64,000 nucleotides of DNA from Felis catus (taxonomy: Eukaryota). The notes below the pieces were generated by a model. The model had not been told where the DNA came from. It saw only the letters and a program-made list of their open reading frames with translations, and searched no databases. This document shows positions 26,890 through 39,073 of the stretch, piece by piece. Location of the stretch: contig NC_058373.1 of the NCBI RefSeq assembly GCF_018350175.1, positions 103,418,001 to 103,482,000 of the forward strand, given 5' to 3'. Every line of letters starts with the position of its first letter. Position 1 is the stretch's first letter. A program made the translations under genes and the position numbers.

Positions 26890-27170
26890 ACGTTTAATCA
26901 CAAAAGTAATTCCGTATTCCGTCAATACGCTCAGCTCGGAGGATAAAAATAGCAGAGCAATCTGGTTGGGCGAGTCTCGGCCACGGGGCTTTGCTCCTCA
27001 GCTGCTGTTTTAATGTGGTTATAGAATTGCTGTCCTTTTCTAAGGGCATGCGTTTGCAAGGCAGCGCACGATGGGGGTACAGTATCTGATGTGCTGGTAG
27101 GCTCGGCGAGCCCCTCAGCACGCTCGAAATGAGATCTTTCCACGGAGCAAATGAAGAGAGAGTAATCGTG
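26890..27170. promoter_or_regulatory. Small orphan CpG-rich non-repeat block (candidate regulatory element)
   Basis: 17 CpGs counted in ~280 bp against a CpG-depleted background; not a repeat I recognise. Confidence 0.4.
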
Positions 27171-27826
27171 TCTAGTTATCTGACCAGATTTTACAACTGA
27201 GAAACTATATAGTACATGCTTTAAAAAAAATTACTTTTGATAAGAAGCATTTCAGCAAGTGGAAACTGCTCGGTGACAGCTCAGGGATCTGCCTTATCTA
27301 TTCTGGTGGAGTGGCCTCTAATCAGCCCCTAAAAAGGGAAAGAAACCCCAGGAGGAAGCGCATAAAGCATCCCACAAAACCTCCGCCCAGATTTTTGTTT
27401 TTTTCGTGTAACTCTTGTTCTCTAGATCTGCCAGTACGAAGCCATAGTGTCCCTCAGGGAATGAACGTCACTACAATCCACTTACATTGGTCATCTTATG
27501 AAGGTTTGACTTTGGACTCTAGAGATTCCAATGATCCTGGGTCTCCTCTTTCTGTGGTACATTTTCAAAACATGAAGATAGTACCCACAGCTGCCTACGG
27601 AGAGAAGGTGTAGGAATTCATCTCTCTCTCTCTCTCTCTCTCTCTCAAACACCCTCTCTGCTGCTTTTGCAGCACCTCAAATGATGTCCTACTCACTGCT
27701 CACCTTTTGTTATTCTATGGACGAAGGTATTGGTGGCACAACCCCTGAAACTATAAGATACAGGCTCCTTCACCTGATGACCACCATCCCAGGAAGAAAC
27801 ACATGGCCTTAAACCTCACATTAGGA

Positions 27827-28052
27827 TTTTTTTTTTTAATTTTTTTTCAACGTTTTTTATTTATTTTTGGGACAGAGAGAGACAGAGCATGAACGGGGGA
27901 GGGGCAGAGAGAGAGGGAGACACAGAATCGGAAACAGGCTCCAGGCTCTGAGCCATCAGCCCAGAGCTGACGCGGGGCTCGAACTCAGGGACCGCGAGAT
28001 CGTGACCTGGCTGAAGTCGGACGCTCAACCGACTGCGCCACCCAGGCGCCCC
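27827..28052 (-). mobile_element. Young felid Can-SINE (gtggcgcagtcgg / cagccaggtcacg subtype) inserted at the tail of an older SINE
   Basis: CpG-intact; TSD taggatttttt at 27822 and 28053. Confidence 0.97.
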
Positions 28053-28057
28053 TAGGA

Positions 28058-28274
28058 TTTTTTTTTAAGTTTATTTGCTTATTTTTGAGACAGAGAGAGA
28101 GCAGAAGCAGGGGGGAGAGGCAGAGAGAGAGAGGGAGAGAGCGAGAATCATAAGCAGGCTCTGCACAGTGAGCACTGGGCCTGATGCAGGCCTTGAACTC
28201 ACAAACGATGAGATTGTGACCTGAGCCGAAATCAAGAGTTGGATGTTTAACCAACTGAATCATCCAGGCACCCC
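28058..28274 (-). mobile_element. Older Can-SINE
   Basis: Its TSD cctcacaYtaggaYtt lies at 27814-27829 and 28273-28288, enclosing the younger SINE. Confidence 0.95.
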
Positions 28275-28658
28275 TCACACTAGGACTTAAAAGCAGAATA
28301 CACATGATCATTCTGGCCACTCCAAAGGCAAGTGAATTCAACATCTCTGGGAGAATTAGTGACTCCCACCAGAATCCTCTGTAGCCCTCCCTGCCCTCCT
28401 TCAGACCCTCTTTTCTGCCTTTTTGTGGAGCCTAACTAATAACCCAGGTGACACCAAGCTCTAACTTTTCTGACTTCCCAGGATATAATTTTTCTTAACT
28501 AATCAGTTACATTTTGTGTTCTATTGATATGATTTGTCATAAAATCATGGCATTTTAGAGCTAAAAACAAAATTAAAGAACGTGTAGTTGAGCATTTCCC
28601 CAAAGTGTAATCTGAGAAATCCCGAGAAGAGAATGTGATGGAGAACGTGTCCCATAAC

Positions 28659-29263
28659 TGTGTTAATTTTTTAGGGCCACCGTAACCAAGTACCACAGAC
28701 TGGGTGGTATTTTCTCACAGTTCTACATACTAGAAGTCTGGGACTGAGGCGTCAGCAAGGCTGGTCCTTCTAGGGCCTCACTCTTTGACTTGCAGACAGC
28801 CATCTTTCTCTATCTCTTCACACCGTCTTCCCTCTGTGTGGTGCCTGTGTTCTAATGGCCTCTTCTTTTAAAGACACCAGCCATATTGGATCAGGGCCCA
28901 CTCTGAAGACCTCATTTCAACCTCAACTCTTTTTTTTTTTTTTAACGTTTATTTATTTTTGAGACAGAGAGAGACAGAACATGAACAGGGGAGGGGCAGA
29001 GAGAGAGGGAGACACAGAATCGGAAACAGGCTCCAGGCTCCGAGCCATCAGCACAGAGCCCGACGCGGGGCTCGAACTCACGGACCGCGAGATCGTGACC
29101 TGGCTGAAGTCGGACGCTTAACCGACTGCGCCACCCAGGCGCCCCATCAACCTCAACTCTTTAAAGACCCTATCTCTAAGATCCTACAGTAACACTGTGA
29201 GGTCACTAGGGTTAGGACTTCAACCGTATGAATTTGGCAAGAGGCACAATTTAGCCCATAACA
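28659..29263 (-). mobile_element. MaLR LTR (MLT1A/B-like) split by a young SINE
   Basis: tgtgttaatt..tagggccaccgtaaccaagtaccacagactgggtgg start; ggttaggacttcaacc...cacaatttagcccataaca end. Confidence 0.88.
28930..29145 (-). mobile_element. Young felid Can-SINE
   Basis: Perfect TSD tcaacctcaactcttt at 28917-28932 and 29147-29162. Confidence 0.97.
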
Positions 29264-31389
29264 ACAATTAAATTCGGGCAACGTTAATGGGAATTCCCAA
29301 ATCACACTGGCTAAATTTCAAAGGCTTTTCGAGGCCCTTGAGGTAGCTAGCTGTTTTAAATATGGTTAACCCATTGTTTCCAAAACATATTTAAAACACA
29401 TTTTTCCCCCAGATGTTTATCGAGTTCTTGCAGAACATAATTTAAAAAATCTTGGCCCTGTCTAAACCCTCCATTTTACGAATGAGAAAAATGAGGCTCA
29501 GAGATTCCAGTGACTTGGCTAAGATCAATTTGTCACTACCTGGAACATGACCGGGTCTCCTCATTATGGATTCCTAACCCTACTGAAGCTCTGATCCATG
29601 TGGTCTGGTCTCAGAGAAAGGACACATTTTAAAAGAAGCTCTGCCCGAGAAGGAATTTTTATTGTTTATGTGAATCTCTTAAAGGGAATCAAAGAAGACC
29701 CAAGTGACAACCTCAGGCCCACTCCTTGCTCATTTTCTCAATGCTGCAGCACTCCAGACTCTAGGGAACTTTTTCAGCTAAGACCCCACTGACAAAGCAA
29801 AATCAGAAACACCTTGATCTCCACCCAGGAAACTTTCACTGTCTCTCTCTTTGCCACTTTCCCAGCTCCTTATTGGGTGTAGTTACTATGCCTCTTGCTA
29901 GTCCTTATAACCCTCCTACCTTTGAGGGCTTTTCCTACTATTCCAATCCAACATAAAAAATGTCAGAAGAACTTGTCTAGCAAAGATAAACTCTCCTCAG
30001 GGGCAAGTATGGATAGAGGGGGACTTGAACAGCAATGGCAGGTTTCTTCTGGGCAGAGTGAGGAAAATTGAAGTCAAGGGTTACTCTCGTGGTGGGCAGT
30101 AAAATCTTGCTTCCCTGCTTCCCAGCCTTCCTTTCTCTGTATGTGTCTATTAACCCATGTATTGTCAGGGCAGACCTCATGGTTTATTTCAACAGATCCC
30201 ACAAACTGGGATAGTGCCCTCTGGCCTCTACCCTTTGCAGAATGGCCCTGGATCTTGGGTTGCACGCCTGGCAAGTCCACTTTCCTCATAGCCAGCGACC
30301 CATAAGGAATGGCAGTCATTTATGGTAGCATATCTTTCTGAAGTGGAAATGTCAAAAACGTCATCCATGGTGACAATTTACATAGGCAAGAATTGACAGA
30401 ATACTTAGTCATCTTAGGCCCTAAATATGCTTCCGCTCACTGCTATCTTCTGTTATCAAAGCTCTTTTACCCACACGCTTCAATTTCAGAGCTATATCAG
30501 GGAGACTAAAAGCATAAGGATAAATATGACAACTTCTAGATGAGGATAGCCAATTTCAGTCTTCTCTGGAACATCATCTATGCTGAGTACCCAGCACTTG
30601 GCCGTTAGTATGTGATTTTAAAGGTCTCCTAGAAGACAAGCTTTTAAATCAGTGGGACTCATTCACACTCTTTGTAGCTGACATACAACAAGAAAGAGCT
30701 TTGGAGAACCCATCCCTGAACGCTTGGGATTCATTCTCACCTTTCCCCACCTCTCTTGCCCCCCATCACTGTGATTTCCCAGAGACTCTTGACCTGTTAG
30801 CCTTGTCGCGTACTCTTGGCCCTAAACATGCCCTGCTTAAGTCTGAAGGCAAACCTGGCCTCCCCTTTTCTCCTTTGGCACGTTCCTCAAGCCTGGTTTG
30901 CCCTTACTCTCTGGCTCTATGTGCTTCCAGCTCTTCTGGTCACCACCTCGCTCAATAAGCCCCTGGTCTCCATCCTGGCCATACTTTCTCTAGGGTTGCT
31001 CTCAAGCACAGGAATAAGGAACATCTCTAAGGTTGGGAGCCTAGAAATAATCTCTTTCCTAAGCCCCAGATTATTTTTCCTTTGGACTTGCAGGAGGAAG
31101 CCCTTGAGGTATTGTTATTTCTCATGCTGTCTGGGTGATGATTAAAGCCTTTGGAGATAAAGTGCTCTCTGGCATATGACTCAGGTGATCAGGGTCGCAT
31201 GGGGAAATCTGCACAGACATATCACATAAAAATTTCCAGAAGGATGATTTTGCCATACAAGGATTTCTTCTCTTCCCATTTTAATGCATTTTTAGATATG
31301 AAATATCAGACATAGTAAATAAGCCTAAACAATATCAAATGAAAGAGAAAATTAGCTTTTAAAATCTCAGCCTTAAAAAACCCACAACA

Positions 31390-31492
31390 AGGGAGGGGAG
31401 GCTGGATGATGGGTATTGAGGAGGGCACCTTTTGGGATGAGCGCTGGGTGTTGTATGGAAACCAATCTGACAATAAATTTCATTAAAAAAAA
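31390..31492 (+). mobile_element. Extremely 5'-truncated felid L1 (~100 bp 3' stub)
   Basis: gggtattgaggagggcaccttttgggatgagcgctgggtgttgtatggaaaccaa..caataaa plus A tail; perfect TSD aaaaaacccacaaca at 31375-31389 and 31493-31507 after TT. Confidence 0.95.
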
Positions 31493-32599
31493 AAAAAACC
31501 CACAACAGTATACATTGTTCCCTCCAAAAGAACCAGTCTTTGTGTGATTCTTATCTCCAGTGATTTTTATTGAAGACATTTCTGATTTGTTATTTTAATG
31601 GGCTTTCTGAAATCAGATGTGATGCTCATTATTCTTGCATGGTTGTTTTATTCTTGCATTTCTCAAACAAACAAGGGAGCCAGGGGACCTGGAGATGCTA
31701 ATCATTCTATAACCCTCACACCATGACAGCTGGACTTTCAACTCCAATATGGAAATGGTAGTGAAAATGCAGCACTGAGGCCTGATGGAGGGTTCTCCTG
31801 GTCATTGGATAAATGCTAAAATAAAGCTTATCTATATTTAAATCAATTCTACAACAATGGATTGTGTCTTTGGCCAATGTGCATAACAGGGCTCCAATGT
31901 AAATATAGGTTAACAGAGAGAGCATGGATATGAAAAACAACAGAAGCAGATGGCCAGAGGATTGGCTTTCCTCTTTTTTCCTCCTTAATTCGATAATTTT
32001 CATTTATTAGTTGCAAGTATACCTCCTGCTTGGGGCCATGGGTATTGCTCTAAGGGAAATAATGTGTGATCACCAACATATTGGCTCCCCACCCCATCTT
32101 TCACAGATGTATCAATCACTACCTTTATTCCTATGATCACATGTGCACCCACTCCTTCTGATCTGACCAGCCATGGTTGGAGAGATTTCTGATTAGCATA
32201 TAATTAGACTAGGATCCAACATCTAGAGAAGCATCTTGGACCTGAAAGAGCATCTTGGTGAATTGGCATGGATCATCTATGGCAGCAAGTGCTAAATGAG
32301 GCACTTGGAGAACAATTCCAGCTAAAAAGGAAATCAAAGAATTCTGGCTGGTCTGGTGAACAGCCACGTTCCAATTCTTAGTACAGTCACTCCAGGTATC
32401 CTTCTTTCTTCCTTCCCCTCTTTTCCTGTCTGCCCCCCTCCCAAATCCCCCAATTTCCCATGGTCCTTATTCAGTTCCATTTCCCTAAGTATTTGTGTGT
32501 TTATCTATACCTCTGAAACGTGCTCATTCTTGCAGCTCAACTCGTAAATATCTTATCCATTCCACAGTGGGGAAGAGAGAACAGAACAAAAGGGAAAGA

Positions 32600-32830
32600 A
32601 AGAGTGTGGCTCCTAAATTGTAAGGCTGCAGTTCAAACAGCCAGAGGGACCTAAGCTCAAATTTCTGATCTACTAGCTGAGGAATTCTGGGAAATGTACT
32701 AAACAGCTCTGAGCCTTGGTTGCCTCATTTGCAAACTGGGCCGAAGAACACCTACCTTTCAGGGTTGTTGAAAGGATTGAAGACGGTGTGTAAGTTCTTA
32801 GTTCATAGTGGATGCTGAGGGGATAGTTTC
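32600..32830 (+). mobile_element. MIR SINE
   Basis: ctcatttgcaaactggg...ctacctttcagggttgttgaaaggatt. Confidence 0.75.
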
Positions 32831-33254
32831 TGTTAATATTTACCTGGACAGAATTATATATATAATTTGACATTCTGCTTTTCTCATTTAACTCTGTAAT
32901 ATGAACATCTCCCCATGGTCTTTAAAACTCTTTGTAAACACCATTTAAAAATGCTTACAAGTAGTCCATTAAAAGGATGTAATGTAATTACATTATGGTT
33001 TCTTTATTGTTGGGCCCTTAAACTGTTTTGTTTTTCTTTCTTTTTTCTATTATAGTGGATACTACAGTGAACATCTTTGAGCATAATGCATTTTCTGTGT
33101 TTAGGTATACTTTCCATGGGCTTTGGTCCTAGAAGTGAAATTACTATGTCAAAGGGTATGGACGCCTCTAAGCCTCTTGATATATGGTGTCAAATTAACT
33201 TCCAGAACTCCTATCAGCCATGTGTGTGGCCTGTCCCACTATATCCTTGGCAGC

Positions 33255-33771
33255 TAGAGCAGACCATGGGTTGCCCACTCCAGAGCCATTATTTTCTTTT
33301 TTCCCTGTTGATGGAGCTTTGGTTTTTTTTTTGACCTCCATGCTTCCTGTGGGACTAACTCTGGATTAGTCCAAACCAATCTTGGTAACCTCACTTCTCT
33401 TGCCTATGATTTGCTTGGAGGTGGGCATGTGACCCAGTCCTGGCTAATGAGAGGAGATGGAAGGTAATTTTTTTTTTCATTCTTAATTTCCTAATTAAAA
33501 TTTCATAATTTTTTTTTCACTCTTAAAAAGAGACAAGAAAGCAACAGTCTCCCTTCTTTCACTGAGCACTGTCAAATCTACGTGTGAAGTTAAGTCTACC
33601 AGTGAAGGATGGGAGCTTGATAATGCTGTTGAATTTCTGAGTTAATCAACCTAGGAGACACCCATTTTGGGGACTGCTTTTCAAGTGAAATAAATATATT
33701 ATACGTATTGTTTAAGAAGTTTGGTTTGGTTGTTCTGTTTACTGCAGCCTAAAAGCATTCTAACTGGAACA
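33255..33771 (+). mobile_element. Old MaLR LTR (MLT1J/K-like), inserted in an old L1-like fragment
   Basis: gggcatgtgacccagtcctggctaatgaga; terminus gcagcctaaaagcattctaactggaaca; near-TSD gcagc/ccagc. Confidence 0.7.
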
Positions 33772-33801
33772 CCAGCGATGTATTTATTAAAAACTTTTCC
33801 C

Positions 33802-34027
33802 AGGGCACCTGGGTGGCTCAGTCAGTTAAGCGGCCGACTTCGGCTCAGGTCATGATCTCATGGTGTGTGACTTTGAGCCCCGCATCAGGCTCTGTGCTGA
33901 CAGCTCAGAGCCTGGAGCCTGCTTCGGGTTCTATGTCTCATTCTCTCTCTGCCCCTGCCCCGCTTGTGCTCTGTCTCTCTCTGTCTCTCAAAAATAAATA
34001 AATGTAAAAAAAATAAAAAAAAAAAAA
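33802..34027 (+). mobile_element. Can-SINE
   Basis: SINE head and A tail; aaaaac..ttccca repeated at both flanks. Confidence 0.96.
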
Positions 34028-34143
34028 ACCTTCCCAAATTAATTCACTCACACATAATCATCTTAATTTTGTTTGAATTTGCTGTTCTTTACTGATGAGA
34101 TTACATGTTTATTCATATATTTGTGAAAATTTTGCATTGTCTT

Positions 34144-34346
34144 ATTTATTTACTTATTTACTTACTTATTTAGAGAAAGAGAGAACACATGTGCATGAAA
34201 ACAGGGGCGGGCAGAGAGAGAGGGAGAGAGAGAGAATCCCAAGCAGGCTCCACACTGTCAGAGCTGGATCCCACAAACTGTGAGATCATGACCTGAGCCA
34301 AAATCAAGAGCTGGACACTTAACCTACTGAGCCACCCAGGCGCCCC
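34144..34346 (-). mobile_element. Can-SINE
   Basis: TSD tttgcattgtctt on both sides. Confidence 0.96.
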
Positions 34347-36409
34347 TATAATTTGCATTGTCTTTTCCTAAGTGATCTGGAAAGATTTTTCAAAGATCAG
34401 TGGTTTTTGGAGGAGGATGGTTTACAGGCTGGACTGAGCAGGGTGTAGCATAGAGGGAACAGTTAAGGTCACGTTGGAACTGAGCCTAGAGATGTCCAAG
34501 GAAGCCTGTTGCTCATTTTCATACAAATACTCCTTCAACTTGCAAGAGTCCTCAGTTCAATGAGATGGGCTTCTGTCCAAAATATGGTAACGATGGAAGT
34601 CAATCTTTCAGGATTGTTTGTTTAGAGAAAACTAGACCTTGGGGAAAACTGTCTCTCAAGAAGGAGACAGGAGTCTTACGGGTAAAAGAAAAGTCAGACT
34701 TGTGAAGGGGAAGGAAAGGTTAAGAGAGAACACTCAGTCATCGAGGACCTACTGTACAGGAGCATAGAGAGCACTTATCTTTGCTTGGTCCTGCCTTTTC
34801 TGGTTTTGAGCCACCGTGGTTCCCCATGCCCTATTCCATATGGCTCACCGATGTTTCATTCTAGCATAAGAACATTTTCTTTAGCTCTTCCATACAGAGA
34901 AATGTTTTCAATTACTCTGGCTTTGAAATACACTTTGAACACAAGCACTGGAGCAAGAGTCTGTGATTCATCTCCCAGAAAAGGGAACATATGAAAATGT
35001 TTCATACTCCCTTTTTATTAGCACATTACAGAGTCACAGAGTACTGAGTCATCAGTATTAAGGTAATGTGTAATGGTCAGATAATTAGAAATTTAAACGG
35101 CTTGTGTTTAATAGGAGGCTTTCAATATTTTGAATAGTCGGTGAATTGAAGCCCGACTGAGAAATGCCCCAGATGAAGCCTTGCCAATGAGCATATGTAT
35201 AATACATGGGTAAGGTTGTTTTATAAAAGACTTATTGACTTTCTGGTCAAGGCTCTAGCAGCTTCCATCAAAGTCTTGTTCTAAACCATCATAAATTAAC
35301 AGATCAATAGTTAATGGTACTGCTGGCCAAGTTTAGAGCCAAATAACTCAGATCCCAAGACAACTCGATTTTACTCACTTGTAATCTGGAGGCGCTTTGG
35401 TAGACAAACTGATGTTTGTTTGGCCAATTTGGATATTCCAAGTTTCTCAGCCTGAACCTCCTTTCAGTAAGTCCACAAAGTCCATCTGCAGAGTGTGGCT
35501 CACTAATCCACAACTTGCTTCTCTTTTGTTCATGTGGAGACCTTTCCTTTCCCGAGTTCCTGCATTAGCAGCATCCCATAGGATTAGGTCTGATCTTCCA
35601 CAGTAAGATCCTTAAGATTCTGACCAAATCAAAAAGTGGACTCCACACCAAAGTTGGAAGTGAGGGAATAAGAACATGTGTGTGCGAGAAAAAAGAGTAT
35701 ATTTTTAAAAGATATATAGGATAGTTTGAAGGTGTGTGATGTGATGTGTTATATACGTGCCATGTGGCCTGTGTACGTGTTGGTGGAGGCATTTAGGCCA
35801 CTTCACATTACCTGTCACTTATGCCCACTACTTGGTGATTTTTAAAATAATATTGTTCTAGCTTTAACGTGAATTCTGTTGGAAGGAAGAGAATAGAAAA
35901 ACAAAACAGATCATTTGTGTTTCTGGCTGCCTACTCTTTATATGTAAAATCATAAAATAAACGGGATCTAACAATAGTGCTGTCTTCACTCAGCCAAAGA
36001 GATCTACCACTCAGCGCTGAATATAAAAGCCTCTGGCTTAAAGGAACTAGATAATGAATTAGGCTCACCTGGGAAGAATGTAGGAGAGAGAAGCAAGACT
36101 AACTTTAATGAAGGGCTCAGATCCAGCTAAATCTGTTGATGTTTGTCTATGTAGGATATTTTCTTACTTCTGGGGTGAATGGTGCTATCCTGGGGTCATG
36201 AGCTTTTTTTTTTTCCTTCTCTGATAAACCTCTATGTGGACAATACCACTGTTGCTGCTCATTTAGCTCAAAACTAGTTAATTCGTTAAGGTGGACAATA
36301 TGGCCTTGGCCTTGGCTACTGCCCAGCTGTCTGGTAGAGCACAGCCATGGTGGCATTGGCTCATAAGTCCCGAGGTTTCAACAGCCCCTCTCTCCCCTCC
36401 AGCCCCGAA

Positions 36410-36540
36410 CCACAGGAGTTTGCATTGGCACCCAATCTGCATAACCACTATAACACCCGCATCATGCCCAGATTCCTGGGACCTACCACAGACCCACTGA
36501 ATCAGAATCTCTGCAAGCAAGGCCCAGAAAGGTGCTTTTT
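36410..36540. mobile_element. MER5-family left part; the apparent continuation is at 40459-40540
   Basis: cagattcctgggacctaccacagacccactgaatcagaatctctg; the right part reads gcatttttgacaag...gtgattct...agtttaagaactacta. Confidence 0.65.
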
Positions 36541-36692
36541 TGTTATAATTTAAATTTTTAATTTTTCTCTACTTAGAACAATGTTAAATAACAAATAATA
36601 AGCATGATGACAGGATGCTTATTAAGCGGAAGAAAGACCTTGGAAGAAAAGGAACTTTATATTTTAGTACCTTAACAACATTTTCTCCTTAC

Positions 36693-37087
36693 TTTTTTTA
36701 TTAAGTTTTAAATTTTAATTCCAGTAGAGTTAACGTATAGTGTTATATCATCTTCAGGTGTGCCATACAGTGGTTCAACAATTCCATACATCACTCAGTG
36801 CTCATCATAAGTGCACTCCTTAATCCCCATCACCCATTTCATCCATTCCCCACCCACCTCCTGCCTGGAAGCAGTTTATTCTCGATAGTGCAGAGTCTAT
36901 TTCTTTGTCTCTCCATTTTTTCTCTTTGCTTGTTTGCCTTGTTTCTTAAATACCATATATGAGTTAAATCATATGGTATTTGTCCCTCTCTGACAGACTT
37001 ACTTCACTTAGCATTATACTCTCTAGCTTCATTCATGAACCTGCAAATGGCAAGATTTTACTCTTCTTTATGGTTGAATAATATTCC

Positions 37088-37140
<53 letters not shown>

Positions 37141-37165
37141 TGGAATAATGGAATAATATTCCATT

Positions 37166-37230
<65 letters not shown>

Positions 37231-37286
37231 TATATATATACCATATATATGTATATGTGTGTGTATATATATACATATACATATAC

Positions 37287-37332
<46 letters not shown>

Positions 37333-39029
37333 CATCCTCTCTATCCATTCATCCATCAGAGGACACCTGGGCTAGCCTCACTAAGGCTAAATAAAGGCTA
37401 AATAAGGCTGCAACAAACATAGGGGTGCATGTATTCTTCTGAATTAGCATTCTCATATTTTTTACATACCCAGTAGTTCAATTACTGGTATAAGGAAGTT
37501 CTGTTTTTGACTGTGAGAGGAACTTCCATACTGTTTTCAACAGTGGCAGCACCAGTTTGCCTTCCCATCAACAGTGAATGAGGGTTCCTTTTCTTTCACA
37601 CCCTCACCAACACTTGTTTCTTGTGGTTTTTTTTAATAAGAAAAAAAATTTTTTTGAGAGAGAGAGAGCAACTGAGCACTAGAAGGGGAGGGGCATAGGG
37701 AGAGGAGAAAAAGAATCTTAAGCAGGCTCCATGCCCAGCATGGAGCCCAACATTGGGCTTAATATCATGACCATGAGATCATGACTGGAGCTGAAAACAA
37801 GAGTCAGACACTTAACTGACTGAGCCACCCAGGTGCCCCATGTGTCTTTGATAATAGCCATTCTAACAGGTATGAAGTGATATCTCATTGTAGTTTTGAT
37901 TTTTCCATTTCCCTGATGATAAGTGATGTTGAGCATCTTCTCAGTGTCTTTTGACCATCTGGTTGTCTTCTTTGCAGAACTGTCTGTTCATGTCCTCTGT
38001 TCATTTTTTGTTTTTTGTTTTTTTGAATGTTGCATTGTATCAGTACTTTATATATGTTGTATATTAATCCCTTATTGGATATATCTTTTGCAAATAACTT
38101 CTCTCATTAAAGAGATTGCCTTTTAGTTTTGTTGACTGTTTCCTTTACTGTACAAAAGATTTTTCTTTTGATGTAGTTCCAGTAGTTTATTTTTGCTTTT
38201 GTTTCCCTTACCTCAGGAGATACATCTAGAAAAAAATTGCTACAGCTGATGTCAGAGAAATTACTGCCTGTGCTCTCTTTTAGGACTTTTATGGCTTCAG
38301 GTCTCACATTTAGGTCTTTAATCAATTTTGAGTTTATTTTTGTGTATGGTATAAGAAAGTGGTCCAGTTTCATCCTTTTGTATGTAGCTGTCCAGTTTTC
38401 ATCATTTGTTGAAGAGACGCTTTTCCCATTGTATAGTCTTTCCTCCTTTGTGGAAGATTAATTGGCCATGTAATTGTGGATTCATTTCTGAGTTTTCTAT
38501 TCTGTTACATTGACCTATGTGTCTTTTTTTGTGTCAGTACCATACTGTATTGATTACTATAGCTTTGTAATGTAACTTGAAGTCTGGAATTGTGATTCCT
38601 CAAGTTTCATTTTTTTCTTTTTCAAATTGCTTTGCCTGTTTGGGGTCTTTTGTGGTTCCATTCACATTTTAGGGTTGTTTTTCCAGTTCTGTGAAAAATG
38701 TTGTTGGTATTTTGATAGAGGTTGCATTAAATGCTTTGGGTAGTATAGACATTTTAACAATATTTGTTCTTCTAATCCATGAGCATGGAATTTCTTTCCA
38801 TTTCCTTGTGTCATCTTCAATATTTTTTATCAGTGTTTTGTAGTTTTCAGAATATAGGCTTCTCACCTCTATGGTTAAGTTTATTCCTATTTTATTACTT
38901 TTGGTGCAATTGTAAATGAAATTATTTTCTTCACTTTTTACTGCTTCATTATTAGTGTATAGAAATGCAACAGATATCTGTACATTGATTTTGTATCCTG
39001 GTATTGAATTCGTTTATCAGTTCTAGCAG

Positions 39030-39073
<44 letters not shown>

